DNA of 64,000 nucleotides from an uncultured bacterium (GCA_903837175.1 CAILTR010000055.1:819-64818), one strand, 5' to 3'; shown: positions 17,756 through 27,068, counted from the stretch's first letter. Notes: generated by a model from the sequence alone, not told the origin. Numbers and translations: made by a program.

Positions 17756-20107
17756 ATGCTTCTAAATATACAACTCCTGTTGCTCGCTGTTTGTGTGATT
17801 GTTTTTATATGGATAAATTCAAAAAATAGAGACTGGCTCGAGAGCATTCGTTCATTTGGTTTCTTGCTCTCATTGTTAATAGTCTTCACCTTTAATCTTA
17901 ACTGGCTTTTAAAAACTCCGCTAACTCTTTGGAATTCGTTTTTTTTCCTTAGTTTGGTTGATGGTGTAGCTATTTATTGGCAGAGGGTTATTCTTAGCGA
18001 TAAATTCAGGAATGATCTTGGTAGGTTAAGAAAAATAGACCTTAAAGAAGCACTGGCTTATTTTCTGAAAAGTCTTATTTTTCCTGGAATTCTTGTTGTT
18101 TTTACATTCTTATACTTTCAAGGAGACATTTCTGTTCCTCGGTACGAGTCTCCAGACCCAGGAGAACATTATTTGCAAATGTCACGTACTGCCCAAACAG
18201 GATTTATGCCATTATTTTTACCCGTGAATGAGATGTATGAAGCATCAGGATTTAATGCGATTTTTCTGCATCATCACGATACTTATTTTCCAGGCGCAAC
18301 AGTGCCGTTTTTCTTTATATATAAAACAATAAATGGCGAAAGCAGTGCGGTATCTCTGCAAGTTTTCAATATATTATTCTATATAATGCTGGTCGTGTAT
18401 CTCTATTTACTTGTCGTTAGGGACTACACATTTAAATGGAGGGCATTGAACGTATTTTTATTTTTAATGCTTTCCTTGGGAACCATCTTCGATTTCTTGA
18501 TAACGTCTTTTTCTACACAGTTATTTGGACTTTTTTTGTTGGTTTGTTTTGCAGATTCGTTTTATGAATTTTATAAGGGAAAGACCTCATTTATCCAGCC
18601 AGCGATTGTATTAAGCTCTTTACTGATGGCTTATGTCTATTGGATTCCAGCTGCATTTCTTTTTATTGGTATTATTGTAATGAAAGAGATTATGGAAAAT
18701 AGGCAAAATGATCTTAATACTCTTTTAAAAAAAATCTTCACTAGAGAGATGTTTCCATTTGTTGCAGTCGCGCTCCTCCTGAGTGTTGGATATATTATTA
18801 ATATGATACGCGTCAGTCTTTTGGGATATTCAACTGCGGATGGGGCATTTAATTTTTACAATCTCTTCATTTCTGACACATTATTACTCTTACCATTCGC
18901 AGCGGTTGGTTTTTATTATCTATTCAAAAAGCAAACTGAAAAGTCATTTTTATTTTTGTTTAGCTTATCAATCCTTAGCTATAGCGGAATACTATATATT
19001 GCATACAAATTCACAACACACATTGTTTCAAATTATGCTAGACTAAAAGTTTTATACATAGCAATTCCAGTGATTTGGATTATTTCGCTCATTGCTTTTG
19101 AGAAAGTTTTTTTATTTGTGATGGAAAAAAGGGGGAAAATATTTTCAAAATTAATTTTTAAAAAGCATCAAGTTTTGATTTACGTTTTTATTTTGGGTTT
19201 TATATTGTCTTTAATTAATATTATATTGGGCGCTAAGCCAAAATTTTTCCCTGTTGTTAAAAATAATATCGAGCACATTATAAGTGCAAATAATAGTCCA
19301 AATTTAACTAAGGATCAAATAGAGCTTTTAAATATTGTTAAAGATAAGTATCGTTTTGCATTAGAAGATAATAGGAGAATGTTTATTATCGCTCCAAGCA
19401 AGACGGCATTGTGGGCTTTTGCATATTCTGGAATTTGGCCTCGCACATATTCATTGCTTGCTGATGATGAAAAAAATAATACCATTTGGTCAAGTATGAG
19501 TTTTTATTCTGCCGGAATAGCAAATTATGGAACATGGCTCAGGAACGATAAAAGTCATATTTTATTATATTTTGATAATTCTGAAAGTGCATCATGGATA
19601 AAGGAAATGGGTTTCAATATCGATGATTATAAAGTTCTTGCTTTTCAGGGTGAGAATAAATTATTGCAGTTAAAAAGTAATTTAATTACGGATTATTCTA
19701 ATGTTAATAATCATCCAGGCTTAAAAAACGCTGAAAAAATAACCTTTCCATACGCTGACGAAATTATTCCGAGCGAGGATTATTTGAAAAGCCTTTCATT
19801 CAAGTTTGCAGTCAGCAATAGAAAGCTTAAGGACACTGATAATTATGATTTTACTTTTTCTGCGGGTGATTGCTCAATGAACGGAGTTGTTATTCTTAGA
19901 AAAGAATTTCCAATAAGTTATTTCAAGGATCTTAATGAAAATGATTTTTTTGAAATCAATTTTGAACACCCCTTGTTAGATTCAAAAAATAAAAAATATT
20001 GCATTAAAATTATGTCGAAGGACGGAGAGGGGAAGGGGTTGCGAATTGTGAGAGTAATTAAAGAAAAAGAACTCGTGTTAAGTGAGATTTATGGCTATCA
20101 AAACTAG
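17756..20107 (+). CDS. Large polytopic membrane protein with a ~300-aa C-terminal soluble domain. Function unknown; a glycan-related membrane enzyme is possible.
   Basis: 783-aa ORF with a multi-TM N-terminal half. No diagnostic motif was recognised. Confidence 0.45.
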   Translation: MLLNIQLLLLAVCVIVFIWINSKNRDWLESIRSFGFLLSLLIVFTFNLNWLLKTPLTLWNSFFFLSLVDGVAIYWQRVILSDKFRNDLGRLRKIDLKEALAYFLKSLIFPGILVVFTFLYFQGDISVPRYESPDPGEHYLQMSRTAQTGFMPLFLPVNEMYEASGFNAIFLHHHDTYFPGATVPFFFIYKTINGESSAVSLQVFNILFYIMLVVYLYLLVVRDYTFKWRALNVFLFLMLSLGTIFDFLITSFSTQLFGLFLLVCFADSFYEFYKGKTSFIQPAIVLSSLLMAYVYWIPAAFLFIGIIVMKEIMENRQNDLNTLLKKIFTREMFPFVAVALLLSVGYIINMIRVSLLGYSTADGAFNFYNLFISDTLLLLPFAAVGFYYLFKKQTEKSFLFLFSLSILSYSGILYIAYKFTTHIVSNYARLKVLYIAIPVIWIISLIAFEKVFLFVMEKRGKIFSKLIFKKHQVLIYVFILGFILSLINIILGAKPKFFPVVKNNIEHIISANNSPNLTKDQIELLNIVKDKYRFALEDNRRMFIIAPSKTALWAFAYSGIWPRTYSLLADDEKNNTIWSSMSFYSAGIANYGTWLRNDKSHILLYFDNSESASWIKEMGFNIDDYKVLAFQGENKLLQLKSNLITDYSNVNNHPGLKNAEKITFPYADEIIPSEDYLKSLSFKFAVSNRKLKDTDNYDFTFSAGDCSMNGVVILRKEFPISYFKDLNENDFFEINFEHPLLDSKNKKYCIKIMSKDGEGKGLRIVRVIKEKELVLSEIYGYQN

Positions 20108-20131
20108 CAGAAAATTATATGGAGTTTGTTG

Positions 20132-20509
20132 TCAGCGCGTAACTAGGAAAATACCGAAAAGAATGATAAAAATTCCTAGTCCTTGACTAGCATTTATTTT
20201 TTCCCCAAGGAAATAGTAATTGGCTATAATAACAAAAACCAGGGCTATCGAGGTTATGAACGTTGTTATCGTAGTGGAGCTATTTGCCAGGTGGGGGATT
20301 TTGAGGAGACTATTGTTGATCATAATGAAGAATAACCTTGCCATAAAGGCGAAGCCTGCTCCAAGAATAAAATGCCAATCAAGGAGCATTTTAAAAACTC
20401 CCATGGGCGTTAAATTTGACCCATTAATAAAGGACCGCGATCCGGTCAATAGAATTGAAATTACGGTAACTAATGAGAATAGCGCCGTGTAGAGAATGAC
20501 GTATGACAT
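20132..20509 (-). CDS. Small EamA/DMT-like four-TM protein (ArnE/ArnF-like lipid-linked sugar flippase subunit).
   Basis: The C-terminal 'YYFLGEKINASQGLGIFIILFGIFLV' resembles the EamA signature. It lies downstream of the GT2 and DUF2304 genes. Confidence 0.45.
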   Translation of the reverse strand: MSYVILYTALFSLVTVISILLTGSRSFINGSNLTPMGVFKMLLDWHFILGAGFAFMARLFFIMINNSLLKIPHLANSSTTITTFITSIALVFVIIANYYFLGEKINASQGLGIFIILFGIFLVTR

Positions 20510-20519
20510 ATTTTTTCTC

Positions 20520-21320
20520 TTAATTATTATTATTATTTTTATAGCTAAGCCCATAGAGCTTGCTCATTATAATGGCGATTGTTGATGGCAAGAACCGTTG
20601 GAACATTTCTAAATCTTCTTTTTGTCTTCGATTATCGGCAATCCCTTGGCTTGTTGTGCTTTCGGCATAAATCCTGTGTGAAACGAGGGTTTTTTTGACC
20701 CAAATAAAAGCTCCCTTTTTTTCGGCCAAATCGGCCCAAGCTTTCCAGTCCATATTGATACTAAAATTTTTATCAAACTTAAAATCTCCAAGGTTGTTTT
20801 TTTGAAAGGTGACAGTGGGACATCCAATTGGATCTCCAAGGGCGAGCAAACGTTGTTTGTTTTTTGTGAGGCTATTTTTGTTTCTAAAAAATAGTTTCAG
20901 CATTGTTGCTTTAATAAAAAAATTGAGTGATTTTTTTCGGACGAATGTGCGGTTTTTATTAATAACAACCTCATCATAGTTTGAGAAAATAATTAAGGTG
21001 TCCTTTCTGGTTTCAGCTAATTGCAGCACCTCTTTACTGTAATTAGGAAAATAAATATCATCTTGGTGCGCTAGGGTTACATAGTCGGTCGTCGCACTGC
21101 TGAGCGCAAAGTTCCAATCGCTAGCAATACCTTTTCTTTCTGGGTTGATACATAATTTTAAATTGTTTTTAGTTGCAATGTTGGTTAGAAAAGTGCTTGG
21201 AGTCGAAGTGCAAATAATAATTTCACTTTTGGTAGTTTGATTTTTGAGTGAATCAATACATTCTTGTAAATGAGGAGATTCCTTGTATGCTAAAATTGCA
21301 AACGTATGAATTGCTTTCAT
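20520..21320 (-). CDS. Glycosyltransferase family 2.
   Basis: 'FAILAYKESPHLQECIDSLKNQT' marks a GT-A N-terminus, with a DxD-like 'HQDD'. Confidence 0.7.
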   Translation of the reverse strand: MKAIHTFAILAYKESPHLQECIDSLKNQTTKSEIIICTSTPSTFLTNIATKNNLKLCINPERKGIASDWNFALSSATTDYVTLAHQDDIYFPNYSKEVLQLAETRKDTLIIFSNYDEVVINKNRTFVRKKSLNFFIKATMLKLFFRNKNSLTKNKQRLLALGDPIGCPTVTFQKNNLGDFKFDKNFSINMDWKAWADLAEKKGAFIWVKKTLVSHRIYAESTTSQGIADNRRQKEDLEMFQRFLPSTIAIIMSKLYGLSYKNNNNN

Positions 21321-21325
21321 GCTGA

Positions 21326-21673
21326 TTATTTTTCAGTTAGTTTGCTTAACGCTTCTTTCCTGACAATCTCCGAAACATTTCGCTCAATCCGCTCTAAGAT
21401 GTTGATAACTTTAAAAAGAATTACAAAGACAACCACAAAGCCGATAAAAATAAAAGTATTAAGACTTTCGCCGAAGCCCAATTGTTGGGAGATTTTATGC
21501 GTTGCGTTTGGAAAGAGGGAAAAAGCCGCGATGCTAAGCCAGATTATATTGCTGGTGACGAGTTTAAAAAAAGTTTGGCTCTGCTCTCCTTTTAAAAACT
21601 TTAGCCAAGCGCTAAGCAGGAAACTAAGCGCCCCAAGCGCCATAATAATTCTAAAGATAAAGACTAGGGTCAT
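21326..21673 (-). CDS. DUF2304-like small membrane protein accompanying GT2.
   Basis: 115 aa with three TM helices and a C-terminal amphipathic 'ILERIERNVSEIVRKEALS'. Its position upstream of a GT2 is typical. Confidence 0.5.
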   Translation of the reverse strand: MTLVFIFRIIMALGALSFLLSAWLKFLKGEQSQTFFKLVTSNIIWLSIAAFSLFPNATHKISQQLGFGESLNTFIFIGFVVVFVILFKVINILERIERNVSEIVRKEALSKLTEK

Positions 21674-21677
21674 AGGG

Positions 21678-21760
21678 TTCTTGAAGTTATAACGTTTTTA
21701 ACGTTCATAACGTTATAAAGTTATAAAGTAATAAAGTTGTGAAGTAGTAAAATTCTAACG
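21678..21760 (+). repeat. Array of tandem 8-9-nt units (ACGTTATAA / AGTTATAAA / AGTAATAAA).
   Basis: Direct reading. An inverted counterpart sits at 23500-23567. Confidence 0.6.
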
Positions 21761-22399
21761 TTAAGAACTTTTTAGCACTTTCCAATAACCACCCTTGTCG
21801 GGGCCGATTCTTTTTAAGAGTCCAGCTTTCTTTAGGTTGGTTATATTTTTTTCAATAGCTCGACTGGAGATACCAATTTTATCAGCGATGTCCTCAGCGC
21901 TTAATTTACCATCTTTTTGCAATAAATGCAATATTTTCTCCGAACTTTTCTCCGAACTTTTCTCCGAACTTTTCTCCGAAACGTTTTCTCCAAAAATATT
22001 TACATCAATCCCGCCCGAGACTTCTTTTAGCTCAGGCCTTGGAAGCCCATAAGCCGTAATTTCATCAATAGCTCTTTTTACTCCGCTGCCATATTTTTCA
22101 ATTAGTCCAACCTCTTTGAAAATTTCAGCAATTTTTAAATTTCTAGGGGTAGACTTTTCCGAGCCAGCGTATAAATCCTCGATTGAGATATTAGTTGGTA
22201 ATTTTCCAATGTTCCAGATAACGAGTTTGTTTTGGTAAACCCTAAATTGCGAATGAACTCCACTTCGGTAGTCACGATGGATGATAGCATTTACGATAAA
22301 CTCTCTCACTGCAGAGAGGGGATATTGCCAGCGTTCATCGCGCTCGGGCTTACCAGTGATGATGTATTCCTTGGTTATGTGGGACATGACAAAATCCAT
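21761..22399 (-). CDS. HATPase_c_4 (RecG C-terminal-like) plus winged-HTH putative transcriptional regulator. It is a Schlafen/AlbA_2-type regulator lacking the N-terminal AlbA_2 domain.
   Basis: 'REFIVNAIIHRDY', 'RNLKIAEIFKEVGLIEKYGSGVKR' and C-terminal HTH 'LSAEDIADKIGISSRAIEKNITNLKKAGLLKRIG'. The linker (SEKS)n is encoded by a 12-nt tandem repeat. Confidence 0.6.
   Translation of the reverse strand: MDFVMSHITKEYIITGKPERDERWQYPLSAVREFIVNAIIHRDYRSGVHSQFRVYQNKLVIWNIGKLPTNISIEDLYAGSEKSTPRNLKIAEIFKEVGLIEKYGSGVKRAIDEITAYGLPRPELKEVSGGIDVNIFGENVSEKSSEKSSEKSSEKILHLLQKDGKLSAEDIADKIGISSRAIEKNITNLKKAGLLKRIGPDKGGYWKVLKSS
21935..21981 (-). repeat. In-frame 12-nt tandem repeat (ttttctccgaac x~4) encoding the (SEKS)n linker.
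   Basis: Direct reading. Confidence 0.8.
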
Positions 22400-22494
22400 T
22401 ACCAGGTCAACCTCGCTCAGTAAATATATTGTGACGGAGCTAAGCTCCGAATCGGAGCTTAGCTCCGGGATAGCAAACTACAACTAATTAAGTT

Positions 22495-22600
22495 AAGTTG
22501 GTATTATAACGTTAAGAACATTACAAGCGTTCTAACTTTACAAACATTTTAACGTTACAAGCTTTATAAACGTGCTAACGTTAGGAACTTTTAGAGCCTC
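22495..22600 (+). repeat. Array of degenerate 8-9-nt AACGTT-containing units.
   Basis: 'aacgttaag aacattaca agcgttcta ... aacgttaca ... aacgttagg'. Confidence 0.5.
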
Positions 22601-22604
22601 CAAC

Positions 22605-23288
22605 CTACCCTGAAATTATCATCTTAACTAAAGTTTTGAGGCCATTTTTAAGATTCATTTTGTGAACTTTACTCATGGAATATTTAGTATAGCGAACCTC
22701 AATCGGCGTCTCAACGAATTTGAGTTGGTTGCGATGAATTTCGCGGATAACTTCGCTGTCATATTCGTAGCGATCAGTTTTAGTCTCAATCAGGTTGATA
22801 GCTTTTTTAGAATAAGCGCGAAAGCCAGATTGGCTGTCAGTAACCCAAAGTCCATAAATAACTAAGGTACAAAAATTTCCAAAATAGTTAGCGGCAATTT
22901 TCCAAACTGGCATTCCTTTCGGATTTTGTAGTCTAGAACCAAGCACTACGTCATTTCCTTGCTCGATAAAGGCTAGCATTTTTGCAATGTCGCTGGGGTT
23001 GTGTTGGCCGTCTCCGTCAATGGTAACTACAATATCCGCGCCAAGGAGTTTAGCCGCTTCAATTCCAGTTTTAGCTGCCGCGCCCTTCCCCCGATTTAGG
23101 AAGTGCTTTAACGCAATAACTCCAGCTTCTTTCCCAGCTAGCGCATAGGTTTCATCTGCGCTCCCATCATCTATGACGATAATATCGCGATAGCCCGCCG
23201 TCTGAACTTCCTTAATAACAGAAATAATCACCGTCGCCTCATTATACGCTGGGATCAAAATATAAATTTTCTTTGAAATTGTTTCCAT
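22605..23288 (-). CDS. GT2 polyprenyl-phosphate glycosyltransferase (DPM1-like, soluble).
   Basis: 'ILIPAYNEATVI', 'IVIDDGSADET' and 'DGDGQHNP'. Confidence 0.8.
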   Translation of the reverse strand: METISKKIYILIPAYNEATVIISVIKEVQTAGYRDIIVIDDGSADETYALAGKEAGVIALKHFLNRGKGAAAKTGIEAAKLLGADIVVTIDGDGQHNPSDIAKMLAFIEQGNDVVLGSRLQNPKGMPVWKIAANYFGNFCTLVIYGLWVTDSQSGFRAYSKKAINLIETKTDRYEYDSEVIREIHRNQLKFVETPIEVRYTKYSMSKVHKMNLKNGLKTLVKMIISG

Positions 23289-23499
23289 TAGTTAACAATA
23301 GCTTAAATATTAGGAAAAGCAATACCGTGGACCATGGGGCACAGGGCCTTAAAATTTCGAATTTCCAATTCTGAATTTTGAATCAATTTTGAATTATTTA
23401 ATGTTTCAAACATTGGGTCATTAGAATTTTATTCAAAATTCGAAATTCAAAATTCAAAATTATTTCCGTATTCTAAAATCTACCCTTTACTCTTTATCA

Positions 23500-23567
23500 C
23501 TTTACAAACGTTATGAACGTTAAAAACGTTATAACTTTCAACTTTATTACTTTATTACTTTATTCAC
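23500..23567 (+). repeat. Array 'aaacgttatgaacgttaaaaacgttata' followed by (AACTTTATT)x3. It is the inverted counterpart of 21705-21734.
   Basis: Direct reading. 23533-23560 is the reverse complement of 'ataaagtaataaagtt' at 21715-21730. Confidence 0.55.
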
Positions 23568-23614
23568 CCCGTAAAACTCGATTCTCTCGTCACGGGGCAC
23601 GCTTTCAACTTTCT

Positions 23615-24598
23615 TTATTCCCTAAACCCATCTGGATTTTTTCTGTGCCAATTCCAGGCGGTTTCGACAATCTGCTCAATTTCTGGAAACTGCGGTTGCC
23701 AGCCGAGAATAGCTTGGGCTTTTTGGGAGCTAGCAAAGAGATTAGCTGGGTCGCCATCGCGACGGGGCTCTTCGATAACTTTAAAGTCAACGCCGGTAAT
23801 TTTCTTTGAGATATCAATAACTTGGCGCACCGAAGTTCCTTTTTCATTACCAAGATTAAATTTATTAGAGACATTGTTTTTTTCTAGATAAGTCAGTGCT
23901 AGGACGTGCGCCTCGGCTAAATCATTAACGTGGACGTAGTCGCGAACGCCAGTGCCGTCGGCGGTTGGGAAGTCGGTGCCAAAAACTTTAATGGCGTCAT
24001 GTTTACCTAGCGCCGTTAGCAGAATCAAAGTTATTAGATGAGTTTTATTTTTATGGTCAGCTCCAATTTCGCCTGTTGGGTCAGCGCCAGCAGCGTTAAA
24101 ATAGCGCAGGGCGACGGACTTAAGCCCGTAGGCGTGATCGTAAGCGTCAAGGACTTGCTCAAACATTAGTTTAGTCAGGCCGTAGACGTTGGTTGGATTT
24201 TTTGGCGCAGTTTCTTGGATGGGCATTTCCTCAGGTTCGCCATAGACCGCAGCCGAGGAAGAAAAAATAATTTTTTTTACACCGCGCTCGAGCATGGCTT
24301 CTAAGAGATTAAGCCCACACACAAAATTATTTTCAAAAAATCTTTTTGGGTCAGTCATTGACTCGCCAGCTTCAATACTGCCAGCGAAATGCACTACGCC
24401 GTCAAAAGAGTTTTGGGCAAAAACTTTCTTTAAATCTGCTTTACTGGCTAAATCGCCTTCGAAAAGCTCAAAATCTTTAATTGCATCGCGGTGTCCTGAA
24501 GAAAGATTGTCAAAAATAATAATCTCGTGGCCAGCTTCTTTTAATTTTCGAACCGTGTGGCTTCCGATATAACCTGCGCCACCAGTGACTAATAGTTT
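23615..24598 (-). CDS. galE: UDP-glucose 4-epimerase.
   Basis: 'MKLLVTGGAGYIGSH', 'YGLTK' and 'SSSAAVYG'. The start was chosen at MKLLVTGG. Confidence 0.9.
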   Translation of the reverse strand, partial: KLLVTGGAGYIGSHTVRKLKEAGHEIIIFDNLSSGHRDAIKDFELFEGDLASKADLKKVFAQNSFDGVVHFAGSIEAGESMTDPKRFFENNFVCGLNLLEAMLERGVKKIIFSSSAAVYGEPEEMPIQETAPKNPTNVYGLTKLMFEQVLDAYDHAYGLKSVALRYFNAAGADPTGEIGADHKNKTHLITLILLTALGKHDAIKVFGTDFPTADGTGVRDYVHVNDLAEAHVLALTYLEKNNVSNKFNLGNEKGTSVRQVIDISKKITGVDFKVIEEPRRDGDPANLFASSQKAQAILGWQPQFPEIEQIVETAWNWHRKNPDGFRE

Positions 24599-24602
24599 CA
24601 TA

Positions 24603-24640
24603 AAACATAGAACATAGAACATGGAACATATAGCATAAAC
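24603..24640 (+). repeat. Tandem heptamers (AAAACAT AGAACAT AGAACAT GGAACAT ATAGCAT) abutting the galE start codon.
   Basis: On the galE coding strand this reads ATGCTAT ATGTTCC ATGTTCT ATGTTCT ATGTTTT then ATG (the start). Confidence 0.6.
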
Positions 24641-24730
24641 TAGTAAATGCAAATTTAAACTCAAGTTTAAATTGAAATTCGCAAACCATAGTTTATGAAA
24701 TGTCCAATGCCTCGTTTTTAAAAAAGAAAA

Positions 24731-24765
24731 ACTGCTACCTTGATAGTAGCAGTTTTTCTGGGTTT
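24731..24765 (-). terminator. Hairpin terminator for the lipoprotein gene (bidirectional shape).
   Basis: 'ctgctac cttgata gtagcag' is flanked by an A-run upstream and a T-run downstream. Confidence 0.45.
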
Positions 24766-24788
24766 CTTCAACTAACCGGAGGTGCGGT

Positions 24789-25097
24789 CTAAAGTCCGAG
24801 TTCGCCGTCTGGGGTGTCTGTGCCCAGGGCTTTATCGGTGTCTTGAAGCGCTTGGTCGATACCGCTGACTTCGCTGTCGATAGCTTGCTTATTATCGGCT
24901 GGTAGGGGCGCTAATTCAGTAGGCGCAGGTGCCGTAGCCTCTGGGGTGGCTGGCTGAGTCGCTGGGGTAGCTATTGGCGTAGTAGTAATTGGACTTGTCG
25001 TTGTTGATGGTTTAGTGTTAAAGCCACAACCAGAAAAAAGTAAAACTGCTATCGGAAGCATCGAAAGTGCTAAGATACGTTTGAAAGAGGTTTGCAT
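24789..25097 (-). CDS. Thr/Pro-rich lipoprotein.
   Basis: The lipobox is 'LLFSGC' and the mature region is low-complexity TTTP-rich. Confidence 0.5.
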   Translation of the reverse strand: MQTSFKRILALSMLPIAVLLFSGCGFNTKPSTTTSPITTTPIATPATQPATPEATAPAPTELAPLPADNKQAIDSEVSGIDQALQDTDKALGTDTPDGELGL

Positions 25098-25132
25098 AGT
25101 TTTGTTTCTAATGTTTATAAAGCTGATAAATT

Positions 25133-25822
25133 TTATAAGGTTGGTTCTGTTGCAGGGGTAGTAGTTGTTTTTTGGGTAGCTAGAAATTCTCGGATTGTTT
25201 TTAAGTCAGCTTTAATCGTCTTTTCAAAAAAGCTTTTAATCTCTTGGCGGTCAGCCCTGATCAAATCTGGAACTTTGCGGGCAGTTTCTAATTTAGCTTT
25301 AAATTCTCCTTCGGCTTTTCCACAAGCGAAACTCTGGGTTTCTTCCAAACTTGAGATAAAGGTGGCTTGGTCGGTTTTAAGTTTAGCAATTTTAGCTTGC
25401 AGGGTGGCAAGGTCAGTCTCGAATTGTTTAGTATCAGCACCAGCCGTTTTAAGTTTGGTTAGTAGTCTGGTTAATCTCGTTTGCATATTGCCATAGACGT
25501 TTTCAATCATTTGGCCATTGTTTTCATAACGATTGATTCGGTTAGCAATTTTGGTTTCAAGGTTCTTGCATTTTTCTGCAGTAAGTTTTTCTTTGCTATC
25601 TTTAAATTCTAGACGTTGTTGGGCTAACTCATTTTTTCCGTTTCGAATATCTTCTTTTAAGCCAAGACGTTCATTTCTAAGTTGTTGTCGTTGAGTCTGA
25701 AGCTCACTGCGCGTTTGCGGATTGGGGCTATCAGTGCTTGTTTCGGGAGTGCTCCCGAACGCTGGGATAGTGGGTACTGTTAAGGCAAAAGCCATTGACA
25801 AGAGAACGAGTTTTTTGTTCAT
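25133..25822 (-). CDS. Secreted coiled-coil protein.
   Basis: A signal peptide is followed by Gln/Lys/Glu-rich heptad sequence. Confidence 0.45.
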   Translation of the reverse strand: MNKKLVLLSMAFALTVPTIPAFGSTPETSTDSPNPQTRSELQTQRQQLRNERLGLKEDIRNGKNELAQQRLEFKDSKEKLTAEKCKNLETKIANRINRYENNGQMIENVYGNMQTRLTRLLTKLKTAGADTKQFETDLATLQAKIAKLKTDQATFISSLEETQSFACGKAEGEFKAKLETARKVPDLIRADRQEIKSFFEKTIKADLKTIREFLATQKTTTTPATEPTL

Positions 25823-25930
25823 TTGTTTGTTTATTAAAATTAATTATTCTAAAAATATTTTTTTAAAACTTCTTTAATTATATCGCAGCTCTGCTAAATC
25901 TCCAAGAGCTTAAAAGTTGCTTGGTTCTCA

Positions 25931-26058
25931 AATGCTTGTATGATTACATGCTTACATGTTTATATGTTTATATGTTTATATGATTATATGATTGTATGTT
26001 TATATGCTTACATGCTTACATGTTTATATGATTATATGCTTACATGTTTATATGATTA
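25931..26058 (+). repeat. 16 tandem copies of the octamer ATGNTTRY (atgtttat / atgattat / atgcttac). It sits in the divergent promoter region.
   Basis: Direct reading. Every unit starts with ATG. Confidence 0.85.
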
Positions 26059-26126
26059 TGCCTTTACTGGGCCTGACTTTATGCTATACTTTAAATACGT
26101 TAACTAAAGCTAAATAATTTCAACTT

Positions 26127-27068
26127 ATGCAATCAATTCTTATTGTTGTTCCAGCTTATAACGAGGAAAAAAACATTCCCTTGCTTTATAGTGAGCTTAA
26201 AAAAGTTTTTGTGCCACTGTGCGACAATTACTCCTTTGAAATTTTATTTATTAACGATGGCAGTAAGGACAATACTCTAGGAGAAATTGAAAAATTAGCG
26301 GAAATTGATGAACACGTTAAATATCTGGATTTTTCGAGGAACTTTGGTAAAGAAGTTGCCAGCACGGCAGGTCTGAATAATTGCCAAGCCGATGCTTGTC
26401 TGATGATTGATAGCGACCTCCAACATCCCGTGGAGCTAATTCCGCAGTTTCTTGAAAAATGGCAAGCGGGAGCAGAGGTGGTGGTGGGAATTCGAAAGAA
26501 AAATAAAAGCGATTCAATCGTTAAAAGGTTAGGTTCAGCTTTTTTTTATAAAGTTATTAATTGCATTTCAGAAGTGGAGGTTGTGCCAAATGCAACCGAC
26601 TTTCGACTCTTGGATAAAAAAGTGGTGGAGGAATTTAACCGTTTTTCTGAGACAAATCGGATGACGCGGGCTTTAATAGATTGGCTAGGCTTTAGGCGAG
26701 AGTATATTTATTTTGAGGCGAATGAACGAGTTAATGGTACGGCTAGCTATAGCTTTTGGAAGCTTTTTGGTTTGGCGATGAATAGTTTTGTTTCATTAAG
26801 CTTAATGCCCCTCAAGCTGGCTGGTTATCTTGGCGCTGTGATTACCTTAATTGCTGGGGTTTCTGGCGCTTATATTTTACTGGGAAAATATTTTCTGCAT
26901 TTTACCTTGGCCTCAACTTTTTCAGACTCCGAAAATTTAGCAATCTTAATTTTGTTTTTAGTTGGAATCATGCTGACTTCAATTGGGCTAATTTCTTTTT
27001 ACGTTGCCAATATCCATACAGAAGTTATCAGGAGGCCAATGTATGTAACTAGGAAAAGAGAGTTGTAG
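26127..27068 (+). CDS. GT2 polyprenyl-phosphate sugar transferase (GtrB/ArnC-like) with C-terminal TM helices.
   Basis: 'IVVPAYNEEKNI', 'DSDLQHP' and two C-terminal TM helices. Confidence 0.8.
   Translation: MQSILIVVPAYNEEKNIPLLYSELKKVFVPLCDNYSFEILFINDGSKDNTLGEIEKLAEIDEHVKYLDFSRNFGKEVASTAGLNNCQADACLMIDSDLQHPVELIPQFLEKWQAGAEVVVGIRKKNKSDSIVKRLGSAFFYKVINCISEVEVVPNATDFRLLDKKVVEEFNRFSETNRMTRALIDWLGFRREYIYFEANERVNGTASYSFWKLFGLAMNSFVSLSLMPLKLAGYLGAVITLIAGVSGAYILLGKYFLHFTLASTFSDSENLAILILFLVGIMLTSIGLISFYVANIHTEVIRRPMYVTRKREL

Noticed and set aside
25925-26060. Could the octamer array, or the other short-repeat arrays, be a CRISPR array?
   Set aside because: The units are 7-9 nt and directly abutting, with no unique spacers of 25-40 nt. 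No cas genes are in the window. It is not CRISPR.
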